A DNA stretch of 64,000 bases from an uncultured virus (IMG/VR IMGVR_UViG_3300037601_000035). Taxonomy: Duplodnaviria > Heunggongvirae > Uroviricota > Caudoviricetes. The position numbers were made by a program, and so were the translations under genes. Every line of letters starts with the position of its first letter. The first letter of the stretch is position 1. The stretch lies in IMG/VR virus record IMGVR_UViG_3300037601_000035, one strand, 5' to 3'. Under the pieces are notes generated by a model that was given only the letters and a program-made list of their open reading frames with translations, did no database searches and was not told the origin of the DNA. Of the stretch, positions 20,184-29,591 are shown in pieces.

Positions 20184-20552
20184 ATGACTTTACGTGAAGT
20201 AAAAAATAAAATACAAGAAGAAATTAGTAAACTAAAAAGTCCTAGTGAAACTGAAAGGCAAGGGATAAATCATGCATACAAAGAGTTTATAAAACATTTT
20301 AAAAATTATCTTCATTTAATTGAAGGTGAAATTAGAATATATGGAGTAGATGATGATTCTATATGTATAAGTTGGAATTTTAAATACTTATTCTTTCATG
20401 CTGAATTCTTTTATTATGATAATGAAAGCGGTTATAATAGTTTATTATCTATAAAAGATAATTCAGTCGAAGAATTAAAACTTATTTATTATAAAATGGG
20501 CAACGAAAAGATACTTGAAGATTTCTTTGAAATTTTTAATAAAAATATATAA
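20184..20552 (+). CDS. Hypothetical protein, paralog of 59163-59567
   Basis: Shared KEFI..IY..DD/EE.ICIS..AE.F pattern. Confidence 0.65.
   Translation: MTLREVKNKIQEEISKLKSPSETERQGINHAYKEFIKHFKNYLHLIEGEIRIYGVDDDSICISWNFKYLFFHAEFFYYDNESGYNSLLSIKDNSVEELKLIYYKMGNEKILEDFFEIFNKNI
20544..20551 (+). promoter_or_regulatory. Putative late promoter (AATATATA)
   Basis: 4 nt before ATG of 20556. Confidence 0.45.
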
Positions 20553-20555
20553 CTT

Positions 20556-21410
20556 ATGGAAAAAGAAAATACAGAAAATAGTTATCAAAAATTTTTAGAA
20601 TTTTGTTCTGCACCAGATAGGGAGCTTTATTATTTTGGTTCTCCTTCTTATGAAAAAGAACAAGAAGAATATAGAAAATTATATGAAGGTTTAATTACTT
20701 CATATCATCAAGATTCTGTTAAATCTTTACTAGATAAAAACTTTGGAAATAAAATTTATATTAAAAAAATAAACGAAGAACGTTTTTTAATAGATGTATT
20801 TATAGATAAAATATCAAATGAAGATGTTTTATTATTTAAAGATGTCTATGAAAAAATAAATTCTACTTATGGGTGGATCTGTAATAATTGGTCATTAATT
20901 AAAGATAAAAACTTTTTTTCTTCATCAAGCGGAAATGATATATTTAAAATTTTAAATTATGAAAAAATAAAAGATGGATATGTTTTAACATTTCAATTTG
21001 AACCAATTCATCCTATGAAAATATTTGATAAAGAAAAAATTCCTAAAACTCTTTATCATTTATCACCAGCAAGATATGAAAATAAAATATTGAAAAGGGG
21101 ATTAATTCCTAAATCTAAAAATAGTAAATTTAAACATCCAGACAGAGTATACGTTTTCGATTCTTTAGATGATACAGAAAAAATAATACAAAAAATTTCT
21201 GAAGTAAATGAAGAAACTGAATGGACACTTTATACAATATCTAATTTTGCTTTTATTCCATCTAATAGAGAACTTTTTATAGATAATTTATTTTCATTAG
21301 ATAACGGAACTTCTTATTTTACTAAAAGAAATATTCGACCTTCAAATATTAAAAAACATCAAAGGTTAAAGATAGATTTAGAAACGGGGAAAATTACATA
21401 TTTAAAATAA
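20556..21410 (+). CDS. ADP-ribosyltransferase-fold (Tpt1/KptA C-terminal-like) protein
   Basis: TLYHLSP...KILKRGLIPK...PDRVYVF...NIRPSNIK pattern. Confidence 0.6.
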   Translation: MEKENTENSYQKFLEFCSAPDRELYYFGSPSYEKEQEEYRKLYEGLITSYHQDSVKSLLDKNFGNKIYIKKINEERFLIDVFIDKISNEDVLLFKDVYEKINSTYGWICNNWSLIKDKNFFSSSSGNDIFKILNYEKIKDGYVLTFQFEPIHPMKIFDKEKIPKTLYHLSPARYENKILKRGLIPKSKNSKFKHPDRVYVFDSLDDTEKIIQKISEVNEETEWTLYTISNFAFIPSNRELFIDNLFSLDNGTSYFTKRNIRPSNIKKHQRLKIDLETGKITYLK

Positions 21411-21411
21411 T

Positions 21412-21767
21412 GGGGCAGTTTAGGATTCGATTTTGGATCAATTTAATGAATTGCAAGTAGTGTTGGTAAAGGTCTCGACACTTAAATAAACACTGATACT
21501 AAGTAACTGACGAAACTCAGTACGCTTCGTTAGCAGCCTAGCTAATACGTTTTAATGAATACTTTCTATAATGTAATTAAAAACGTCGAAATACTTTAGA
21601 AATAGATTTTGGAAGTTGATGATGATACAAAATCGAAATTCTTAATTATCTACTAAATAGTACTTGTTAATTAGTTAACTATTTAGGAAATTTATAAATT
21701 AACTAAACTTGTAGTATATTTATTAATAGGATTGCAAAAGACGCGGGATCGTTCCCCGCCTGCTCCA
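21412..21767 (+). ncRNA. ssrA: tmRNA
   Basis: 5' GGGGCAG pairs with 3' CTGCTCC(A) including G3.U70; GGATTCGA D-loop; T-arm; tag ORF 21509-21541 DETQYASLAA*. Confidence 0.95.
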
Positions 21768-21776
21768 CAAACTAAG

Positions 21777-21809
21777 TCCTTACTAATTAATTTTAGTAAG
21801 GATTTTTTT
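21777..21809 (+). terminator. Intrinsic terminator after tmRNA
   Basis: TCCTTACTAA-N6-TTAGTAAGGA followed by T7. Confidence 0.8.
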
Positions 21810-21834
21810 ATTTAAAAAATTTTTCTTATATTTG
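21803..21834 (+). promoter_or_regulatory. Putative early promoter, copy 1
   Basis: TTTTTTTATTTAAAAAATTTTTCTTATATTTG; six copies in the window. Confidence 0.75.
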
Positions 21835-21863
21835 TTTCAAATGAAATTACAATAAAGGAAAAA

Positions 21864-22370
21864 ATGAAATTTGAAATTGGCGATAAAGTAGTAATTTTAA
21901 AGATGCAGTATTTTGATAATTCTTATCATTATGATAAATGCATTGAAGAATTTACTGTTAAAGATGCAAATGAGAAGTATTTTTCACCTCATAGAGAAAA
22001 GTTAGATCCCTTTTTATCTGGTTCTAATATGTATAGTATAGTTTTTCAAAAAGATGGTCGTGCAATGTATGGCGGACAAATTTATTATCATAAAGAAAAA
22101 GATAGAAAAAAGATTGAAGAGATTATACAAACGGCTATTAATGATTTCGATGAACAGATGCAGAAGATTGATAATAGTAGAATAGAGGAATTAAATAAAA
22201 TAATTGATAATTATAAAAAAGAAATTAAAGATTCTAAAAAAGAAATCGATGAAATTAAAAATGGAAATGGAACTAGATATTTTGGATTTAAAAGAATATA
22301 TCATAATGAATGGAAAGAAAAGGTTATTTCTGAAATGAATAAAATTATTAATTTTAAAGAACAGACATAA
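21864..22370 (+). CDS. Hypothetical protein
   Basis: RBS AAGGA; SH3-like FEIGDKV start; coiled coil. Confidence 0.65.
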   Translation: MKFEIGDKVVILKMQYFDNSYHYDKCIEEFTVKDANEKYFSPHREKLDPFLSGSNMYSIVFQKDGRAMYGGQIYYHKEKDRKKIEEIIQTAINDFDEQMQKIDNSRIEELNKIIDNYKKEIKDSKKEIDEIKNGNGTRYFGFKRIYHNEWKEKVISEMNKIINFKEQT

Positions 22371-22371
22371 A

Positions 22372-22776
22372 ATGAAAAAATCTACAGTTGCTATATTGGA
22401 AGGAGACTATATTGAAGATTCTATTTATCCTAATGAGTATCTTTTTGAAGATTTTTCAGATATTGCTAATCTTGTTCAAATAGGAGATTATTTAAATTTA
22501 TACAATTGGCCTGAAAAATTAGATAAATTAATTACTGATGATCCAGATTATATTTTTTTCAATACTAACTTTTTTTATAAAAATAAAATAGATAAATTGG
22601 TAGAAAAATTTGTAAATTTAGAGTATGTACCTAAAAATGTAATATTTGGTCCAAATGTAAAAGAAGATACATTTAAAGATTTAATTATTTCTTATGAAAG
22701 GAAAGGAACTGTTTTTTATAAAATAGATGAAGAAGAATTAGAGACTATTAAATTAACTAGGGAGAAAATAGAATGA
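22372..22776 (+). CDS. Hypothetical protein
   Basis: Coupled ORF. Confidence 0.6.
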   Translation: MKKSTVAILEGDYIEDSIYPNEYLFEDFSDIANLVQIGDYLNLYNWPEKLDKLITDDPDYIFFNTNFFYKNKIDKLVEKFVNLEYVPKNVIFGPNVKEDTFKDLIISYERKGTVFYKIDEEELETIKLTREKIE

Positions 22777-23405
22777 AAAAGGATTTTGAAATATTTCATA
22801 TAGATGATTGTACTTCACATAATGGACCTATTAGGTTTACATTTAAAGAAAATGGAAAGATAGTACAAATAAATCCTGATGCTAAAACAAATATTGAAAC
22901 AGAATGGGATTTTGTTATTGAAAAAACTTTTAGTTTTATTTTTAATGACAAAGAAAAAATAAAAGATTATATTTCTTATATGGAGCAGTTTACCGATTTT
23001 GATAAACCTGCAAAGAAACAAATGTTTCTAAAAGAGTATAAAAATACTTTACCGGAACAAGAACATATTTTAGAAAGAATATTTTTAAAATATTCTTATT
23101 TTCTTTCTGATAAAGAATTAACTGGATTAATGTGTTCTACTGCTTTAGAACAAGATATATTTTGGCAATTTAAATTTTTAACTGTTCTTCGTTTATTTGA
23201 ATGGACAGAAGTACATCCAACATGTTATTCATTTATTGAAAATTTTATTATTGAAAATGAAGACGATGATGAATTAGTAGATGCTGGATTAAAAACATTA
23301 GAAGCTTTAAATGATAAAAAATCTTATATCCTTTTATCTGGATTAAAAGGAAAAATTAAAAGTGAATGGTTAGAAGAATATAGACAAAAAATATTGGAGC
23401 CTTAA
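22773..23405 (+). CDS. Hypothetical protein with HEAT-like C-terminus
   Basis: ELVDAGLKTLEAL helical repeat-like segment. Confidence 0.6.
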   Translation: MKKDFEIFHIDDCTSHNGPIRFTFKENGKIVQINPDAKTNIETEWDFVIEKTFSFIFNDKEKIKDYISYMEQFTDFDKPAKKQMFLKEYKNTLPEQEHILERIFLKYSYFLSDKELTGLMCSTALEQDIFWQFKFLTVLRLFEWTEVHPTCYSFIENFIIENEDDDELVDAGLKTLEALNDKKSYILLSGLKGKIKSEWLEEYRQKILEP

Positions 23406-23407
23406 AA

Positions 23408-23971
23408 ATGAAAAAGAATGTATTTAGTAAGTGGCCGCAAAAAATGAAAATAAAATATCTTGATTTTTTATTAGATGTAGAGTATCATTTAGGAGAAGTA
23501 CAACAAATATTTTTAGGAGGAGAACTATTAGATTCTTTATCTCCTTTAAAAGAATTTGATAAAGAAATAGGAGAAGCTTTTTCAAATTATTCTACATATT
23601 TTACAGATGATAATTTCTTCGTGATTTCTCTTAACACAGATGATCGTAAAATACTTTGGTTACTTGAATTTTGGTTTATTCAACAAGTATCTTCATACTA
23701 TACGGGATCTACTATTAAAGTCGAATCTAATAATAACATAAAAAATAACGAATTTAAAAAATTTGTATTTGATATAGAAAACATAACGCAGTTAGAGATT
23801 AATAGTATGAGATCTACATTAGAAACAAAAAATCGTTTTTTAAAAGAAAGAATAAAAACAAATAAAGATTTAATTAAAATATTAGATCGATTAGAAGAAC
23901 CTTTTATCGAAGAAGAATGTCAATTATTACACGAAGATTCAATACACGAGGATGAAAATGGAAATACCTGA
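23408..23971 (+). CDS. Hypothetical protein
   Basis: Coupled ORF. Confidence 0.6.
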   Translation: MKKNVFSKWPQKMKIKYLDFLLDVEYHLGEVQQIFLGGELLDSLSPLKEFDKEIGEAFSNYSTYFTDDNFFVISLNTDDRKILWLLEFWFIQQVSSYYTGSTIKVESNNNIKNNEFKKFVFDIENITQLEINSMRSTLETKNRFLKERIKTNKDLIKILDRLEEPFIEEECQLLHEDSIHEDENGNT

Positions 23972-24203
23972 TAATATAAAAGAAAGTTTACAAAGATACG
24001 TAGATAAAGGAATACCTACAGGATCTTTTTTACAAGCAGTGTTGGAAAATAATCTTATGGGTGCAGTAGGAAAAGCAGATTATATTAATAAGCATTTACT
24101 TCCTGAAATTTGTTCCTATATTTATAATCAGCTTCCTTCAATTTCTCATGGAAGCCCTGAAAATGTACAAAAATGGATAGAAAGAGGAGGGTTAAATAAA
24201 TGA
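23952..24203 (+). CDS. Conserved phage protein
   Basis: GIPTGSFLQAVLENNL..AD..HGS.E.V..W motif seen in other phages. Confidence 0.7.
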   Translation: MKMEIPDNIKESLQRYVDKGIPTGSFLQAVLENNLMGAVGKADYINKHLLPEICSYIYNQLPSISHGSPENVQKWIERGGLNK

Positions 24204-24568
24204 ATAGTTCACCACTAAAATTTTTAATTATTTACATAGGTACAATTGTACTTGTTGCTTGTGGAATGGCATTTTTATTTGTTAAAGCAACTGAAAATAA
24301 TGAAAATATAGATTCTAGTTATTATATGATAGATCCTGAAATTATTTTAGAAATAGATGGAAAGACAGATACTATGGATGTATGTTTTTGGGGTCCTGAT
24401 TTTTATTTATTAAAAAAAGACTTTCCTAAATATCATGTATTTGAAGTAGATTCATTTTATTATTTTGGACAATTTTGTGGTGATATCGGGATGATTTATG
24501 AAAAAAGTACTTCTCCTATAGAAATTAAAAGTATCAAATACAATAAGAAAAAGTTAAATGAAAAATAA
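24200..24568 (+). CDS. Membrane-anchored hypothetical protein
   Basis: N-terminal TM. Confidence 0.6.
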   Translation: MNSSPLKFLIIYIGTIVLVACGMAFLFVKATENNENIDSSYYMIDPEIILEIDGKTDTMDVCFWGPDFYLLKKDFPKYHVFEVDSFYYFGQFCGDIGMIYEKSTSPIEIKSIKYNKKKLNEK

Positions 24569-24851
24569 TTTAATTTTTAATGAAATAACATTTAACGATT
24601 TTGAATTTACTGTTCCAGATAATATTAATATGGAAGAAATAAGTAATGAAGACATCGTAGATTGGGTATTCGGGAATCTTTTAGGAAATCCTATATCTGA
24701 TTTGAATGTTCTTAAAGAAGTAAATTTTAAAGAAAATTTTATCAAATTAAAATCCATAGTAATAAATGGTATACACTTCACAATAGAAGAATATCTTTAT
24801 CACATGCTAAATGGAAATGTACAAAAAATATACTTTGTGTTTAACAATTAA
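24558..24851 (+). CDS. Hypothetical protein
   Basis: C-terminus similar to the next small ORF. Confidence 0.6.
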   Translation: MKNNLIFNEITFNDFEFTVPDNINMEEISNEDIVDWVFGNLLGNPISDLNVLKEVNFKENFIKLKSIVINGIHFTIEEYLYHMLNGNVQKIYFVFNN

Positions 24852-24860
24852 AAGGCTTTT

Positions 24861-24998
24861 ATGGTTATAGAAAAAGAAGAATCAAAAATACATTTTAAAT
24901 CAGCTCTTATATTAGGAATTGATTTTACTTATGAAGAATATTTACAAGGAATAAAAGAAGGAAACATTCATTATATGTATAGAATATCACTAAATTAA
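24861..24998 (+). CDS. Small protein missing from ORF track
   Basis: IHFKSALILGIDFTYEEYL resembles IKLKSIVINGIHFTIEEYL of 24558. Confidence 0.55.
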   Translation: MVIEKEESKIHFKSALILGIDFTYEEYLQGIKEGNIHYMYRISLN

Positions 24999-25006
24999 AG
25001 AATATT

Positions 25007-25453
25007 ATGGACAATCAAGAAGCAATAGAAATTTTAAAATCAATAAGAAACTCTTGTGCGATGGGGACACCACTGAGATATGATATAAGGTTAGATGAAG
25101 CTTTAGAAAAATCAATCAAAGCTTTGAGTAATAAGGGTGTCCAATACTCAGAAAATGTAGAAAAATTAAAGAAAGAATTATTTAAACTTAAAAATGAACT
25201 TATAGAAAAATTTGATCTTACTGAAGAAGATATTGAAATTTATGAATTATGTTTTTTTACTCCTATAGTAAATGGATTCTACTTTAAAATAGTAAAAATA
25301 AAGTTAGATGAGAATGAAGAATATAAAAACTTCATGGATAAAAAAGTTTTTGAATTAAATTATCCTCAAATAGACTTCTTTGTTACAGATGATGAAAATT
25401 ATAATTTAGAACATTCTCAAAAAAGAATAACATTAGAAGGAGAAGATAAATGA
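25007..25453 (+). CDS. Hypothetical protein
   Basis: EAIEILK..EAL..SIKAL phage-type start. Confidence 0.6.
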   Translation: MDNQEAIEILKSIRNSCAMGTPLRYDIRLDEALEKSIKALSNKGVQYSENVEKLKKELFKLKNELIEKFDLTEEDIEIYELCFFTPIVNGFYFKIVKIKLDENEEYKNFMDKKVFELNYPQIDFFVTDDENYNLEHSQKRITLEGEDK

Positions 25454-25959
25454 ATCAACAAGAAATTCAAAACGTTTTAGATAAAATTGAATTACTAAAA
25501 CAACGTGTAGGCGATGACACAAAAATAGATAAAATAGCAAATCTCATTATTGATGCTTCTCCTGAAAAATTAAAGAAACCACTAGTCCATGTATGGACTG
25601 ACAATAAAGATACTATTACTTTTTCATGGCTATGGCATACTTTAAAAATAAATTTAAATGATTTGTCTACTAATCATTGTAATAGTATGTTTACTGAAGA
25701 AGAGGAATTTAATTTAGAAGACACAGATTCATTAAAAAGAGTTCTAAAAGAAATTATGGGAAATGGAAATTCTCATAGTAAATTTAATGATTTTAAAATT
25801 AAATCAAAACTGTTCTTTCGATCAAAACCTACTAGAACTATTCTCATTATTTTATGTCTTTGGTTAGCTATTCAAATATCTTTAAAGCTTTTTGTAAAAC
25901 CTTCGGAACATAAACTTTCTTGTAGTTTTAAAGTATATCCATCTAAAATTGAAAAATAA
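25450..25959 (+). CDS. Hypothetical protein with C-terminal TM
   Basis: RBS GGAG; hydrophobic segment. Confidence 0.6.
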   Translation: MNQQEIQNVLDKIELLKQRVGDDTKIDKIANLIIDASPEKLKKPLVHVWTDNKDTITFSWLWHTLKINLNDLSTNHCNSMFTEEEEFNLEDTDSLKRVLKEIMGNGNSHSKFNDFKIKSKLFFRSKPTRTILIILCLWLAIQISLKLFVKPSEHKLSCSFKVYPSKIEK

Positions 25960-25960
25960 A

Positions 25961-26009
25961 TTTTTTTATTTAAAAAATTTTTCTTATATTACAACACATT
26001 CAATTAACA
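25961..26009 (+). promoter_or_regulatory. Putative early promoter, copy 2, with conserved leader
   Basis: Repeat motif plus ACAACACATTCAATTAACA. Confidence 0.8.
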
Positions 26010-26023
26010 TTTAGGAAAATAAA

Positions 26024-26833
26024 ATGAAAACGGTAGTATTACATACAATAGACAAATCAACAGATTTCTTAAAACCTATCTATGAGGACCTCCCAGATAA
26101 AAAGGTTTATAGAAGATACACTCATAATAATAACATACTTCAGGATATTAAAGAAGCTGATTTAGTTATTATGTTAGGCCACGGGAGTCCTTTTGGATTA
26201 TTTAGTTGGGGTAATTTATTTAGAGATCCTGAATTTATTCAGGCTTTAAAAGAAAAAGAAGGTAACAATATTTATATTTGGTGTCACGCAAGTGATTGGG
26301 TAATTGAACATAGATTAGAAGGTTTTTCTACTGGAATGTTTATATCAGAAGTTGGAGAAGCTGCTTGTTATAAAATACAAGTTCCCCAAAGAGATATAGA
26401 CCTTTCAAATAATTTATTTGCAGGTCTTGTAAGAGAAGGATTAGTAGAAGAAAATATAACTGATATGGAAAAATTAAGAAATTTTGTTCATAGAGAGTAT
26501 TATTCTGATACATGTGAAGTAATAGATTATAATAGAGAAAGATTGGTTTACTTAGATGGAACAATTGAACCACCTGAGAAAACATATCAACAATTCAATT
26601 TATATGATTACTACAATGAAGTTTTTGGAGAAAATTGGGAAGACGAATTTGGAGAAAGTCTATTATTTGATGATTTTGATTATGATAGATACCAAAATAG
26701 AAATTCTTTAAAAAATAAAGGAAAGATTAATTTAAGAGAAAAATATCAAAAACCTAAAAAGAAAATATCACCGTATTCAAAATTTAAGAAAATTTTTAAA
26801 GAAAACTTTTCAAAGAAACGAAAGTATAATTAA
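26024..26833 (+). CDS. Conserved phage protein
   Basis: STDFLKPIY, MLGHGSPFGLF, IWCHAS, GMFISEVGEA motifs; H and C resemble a caspase-like dyad (speculative). Confidence 0.65.
   Translation: MKTVVLHTIDKSTDFLKPIYEDLPDKKVYRRYTHNNNILQDIKEADLVIMLGHGSPFGLFSWGNLFRDPEFIQALKEKEGNNIYIWCHASDWVIEHRLEGFSTGMFISEVGEAACYKIQVPQRDIDLSNNLFAGLVREGLVEENITDMEKLRNFVHREYYSDTCEVIDYNRERLVYLDGTIEPPEKTYQQFNLYDYYNEVFGENWEDEFGESLLFDDFDYDRYQNRNSLKNKGKINLREKYQKPKKKISPYSKFKKIFKENFSKKRKYN
26803..26830 (+). promoter_or_regulatory. Putative middle promoter AAACTTTT-N14-TATAAT
   Basis: Upstream of pspA-like gene. Confidence 0.6.
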
Positions 26834-26867
26834 TATAACTTATTCACTATAAAAGGAGAAAAATAGT

Positions 26868-27548
26868 ATGGGACTATTCAAACGAATAAAAACCTGGTTT
26901 AAAGCAGAAGCTAACAGTGCTTTAGATTCTATGGAAGATACTTCCAAAATGTTAGATCAATCTATGAGAGATGTAAAAGAAAAAGTTGCTGAATCAATTA
27001 AAGCAACAGCTAAAGCTCTCGCAAATCAAAAATCAATTGAAAGAAAAGTTGATTTAGAAAAACATACAATCAAAGACCTTGAATCAAAAGCTAAAAGAGC
27101 AATTGAAGAAGGTGAAGATGAACTTGCTAAATCGGCAATTAGAAAGAAATTAGTACATCAAAATAATTTAAAGATGTATGAAAAGATGTTAACTCAAGCA
27201 ACTACAGCTTCTACTAAACTAAAAGCGCAGAAAGAACGTCTTGAAAGTAAGTATGAAACGATGCAAATTCAAGTTGAAAGTTTGAAAGCTAGAAAGAGTC
27301 ACGCAACAATTCAAAAAGAATTAAATGAAGCATCTTTAGGAATTGGAGATTCAGGACTTGCTGATTTTAAATCTTTAGAAGAAGATATTAACAAAGAGCA
27401 AGATATTGCCGATGCCTATGAAGAAATGATTGATGATGACACTTCATTTGAAAAACAATTTGAAGAACTTGGAAGTTCTGAAGTAGATGACGAATTCGAA
27501 AGAATTAAAAAATCTGCAAAAAAGAAAACAGGTTCAGCTAAGAAGTAA
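26868..27548 (+). CDS. pspA: PspA/IM30 family protein
   Basis: MGLFKRIK..KAEANSALDSMED..MLDQ; GEDELAKSA; VDDEFERIK. Confidence 0.9.
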   Translation: MGLFKRIKTWFKAEANSALDSMEDTSKMLDQSMRDVKEKVAESIKATAKALANQKSIERKVDLEKHTIKDLESKAKRAIEEGEDELAKSAIRKKLVHQNNLKMYEKMLTQATTASTKLKAQKERLESKYETMQIQVESLKARKSHATIQKELNEASLGIGDSGLADFKSLEEDINKEQDIADAYEEMIDDDTSFEKQFEELGSSEVDDEFERIKKSAKKKTGSAKK

Positions 27549-27566
27549 AATCTAAAAGGTGCACTT

Positions 27567-28424
27567 ATGATAACATTTGAAGAGTTTATAGGAACTTCAG
27601 AAGAATGCTGCAAATCCTCTTTACTAAATGTAAACATAGAACCTAATGACGTGGTTAATTTGCTAAAAGGTTTTATGAGTAAGTTTCTTGATCTAGGTGC
27701 ACCTTATTTTAGTGATGAATCAACTTCTTTAGATATTATTTATTTTACAACATTTACTTGTTTTAGTGCAGATAAAGATGAAAAAATAAAGGAACTTTAT
27801 AAATTATGTTCTAAATGTTTTCATAAAGAAGAAGGATTTCAAATAGAAACTAAAATTTCTAATGTAGAACAAGATATTAATAATTCTTTTTATTCTAATG
27901 TTACTATTTCCATGGAAGTATTTTTAAATACTGAAGAAATTGAAGAAATTAAAATTACTGACGGTAGAAGAATAGTCGGAAAGGAACATAAAAGAAAACA
28001 TATAAATTTTATAACTAATAAAGTTCATAGACATACACATCGTCCATTTATAGATACTTCTCCTTTAATTTTTGATATTGAAGGAAAACCTATTGATATT
28101 AATCCTAGAGAAATTTTTTCTTTCTATGCTACTGAAAAAGAACAATTAATGTATTTACTTTTTTCTGATATTGAAATAAAAACAAAATTAGAAGATATTT
28201 TGCACAATATAGTGTTTAAGAAATTTCCAGAAAGATACATTGAATTACTTGATGAAAATGATTCTTCTAAAAAAGAAATCGTTGAAGATATTTTAAAAGA
28301 ACTTAATTTAGAAGAAAAAGCACTCATTTCAGAGCTTATATCAAAAATCAGAAAAAACATTTGGAAAGAATATAAGGAAACTGAAATAATAATAGAAGAT
28401 TTATTTTTTAAGGTATTTACATGA
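27567..28424 (+). CDS. Paralog family B protein
   Basis: LEDILHNIVFKKFPERYIELLD. Confidence 0.65.
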   Translation: MITFEEFIGTSEECCKSSLLNVNIEPNDVVNLLKGFMSKFLDLGAPYFSDESTSLDIIYFTTFTCFSADKDEKIKELYKLCSKCFHKEEGFQIETKISNVEQDINNSFYSNVTISMEVFLNTEEIEEIKITDGRRIVGKEHKRKHINFITNKVHRHTHRPFIDTSPLIFDIEGKPIDINPREIFSFYATEKEQLMYLLFSDIEIKTKLEDILHNIVFKKFPERYIELLDENDSSKKEIVEDILKELNLEEKALISELISKIRKNIWKEYKETEIIIEDLFFKVFT

Positions 28425-28882
28425 CAAATTTACAAATAGGCAAAATATCTATTCCAGACAAAGACTATTTATTCGATGATATTTTCGAACATCTTTGGGT
28501 TGAAGAAGATGATTTAGAATGGGGAACAAGTGATCCTTCACATTCTAGAAAAAATCAAGAAAAGGAATATCAAAAATTAAAAGAAAAAGATTTTAAGCTT
28601 TTAGTAGAAATAAAAGATTCTATAGATAAATTGTTTTCAGAAAAATATCCTGAAATGTATTTAAATTTAGTAAATGGAATTAACAAAGAAAGACATCTAA
28701 CATCTATGATTAGTTATTTAAATGCTACATATAATACTCTTGATAATTTAGAACCTCTCTCTGAACTTTTTAATTTTATTGAACGTTCGGAAAACAAAAT
28801 AAAAGCCTTGGGTATTGATATTTCTTATGAAAATAACTTTCCTACTATTATAGTTAATAAAATGTTTAGTATTGAGGGATGA
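28421..28882 (+). CDS. Paralog family B protein
   Basis: IKDSIDKLFSEKYPEMYLNL. Confidence 0.65.
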   Translation: MTNLQIGKISIPDKDYLFDDIFEHLWVEEDDLEWGTSDPSHSRKNQEKEYQKLKEKDFKLLVEIKDSIDKLFSEKYPEMYLNLVNGINKERHLTSMISYLNATYNTLDNLEPLSELFNFIERSENKIKALGIDISYENNFPTIIVNKMFSIEG

Positions 28883-29591
28883 TATAATGGCTAATTGTAA
28901 CACTCATTCTCAAAGTACTTATGAAGAATATCTTAAATATCTTCAAGATAGTCTTACAGAAGAATATGGGTATAAAAAGTCAGATAATTCATTATCTGAG
29001 TATCACCAACATGAAATAGAAACAATAACTGCTTCTGTAGTAAAAAGTAAAAATTTAAATTGTTTAAAAGATTCAAAATTATACAATGTAAATAAAAAAG
29101 AATTTGTTCTTCTTTCCGAATTCTACATTAATTCAGAAATGAATAAAAAATATAATTTATATTCTATTTCTAATTTAGTAGAAACAAAACAATTACATTT
29201 AAATTACAATAAAAGATATAATGAACAAAAGAAAAAAGCTTTTAAAATATTTATTAATTCTCAAAGCAAGAAACCTTTTTTAGAGTTATTAGAGTTATTT
29301 GATAATTTTTTATATAATTCTTTTCCCGATACACTGATTCAATTGTCTAATATTACAAGTAAAGAAGAAAAAAGAAGTATTTTAAACGAAATAGTTCCTC
29401 ATGCAATACCTAAAAAACTTGAAACTTTTAATATTCAAGATGAACGTATGGTAAAATTAAAAACAAAGCTAAATGCTTTAGCTAATCATATTTACAATGA
29501 AAAAAATCAGTATATCTTTTCTTTTTATTCTGAAGAAGAATTAGCAAAAGAAATAATTATCAATGATTATTTGAGGGAATGTAATGGCTAG
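28872..29591 (+). CDS. Paralog family B protein (likely start 28887)
   Basis: LFDNFLYNSFPDTLIQL..SKEEK. Confidence 0.6.
   Translation: MRDDIMANCNTHSQSTYEEYLKYLQDSLTEEYGYKKSDNSLSEYHQHEIETITASVVKSKNLNCLKDSKLYNVNKKEFVLLSEFYINSEMNKKYNLYSISNLVETKQLHLNYNKRYNEQKKKAFKIFINSQSKKPFLELLELFDNFLYNSFPDTLIQLSNITSKEEKRSILNEIVPHAIPKKLETFNIQDERMVKLKTKLNALANHIYNEKNQYIFSFYSEEELAKEIIINDYLRECNG

Noticed and set aside
21740..21770. Stand-alone tRNA gene
   Set aside because: It is the 3' tRNA-like half of the tmRNA, pairing with 21412-21418; no other tRNA was recognised
27567..27605. MITFEEFIGTSEE as a capsid-targeting motif
   Set aside because: Similar pattern, but the gene is in an early/middle operon, has no late motif and belongs to family B; left unassigned
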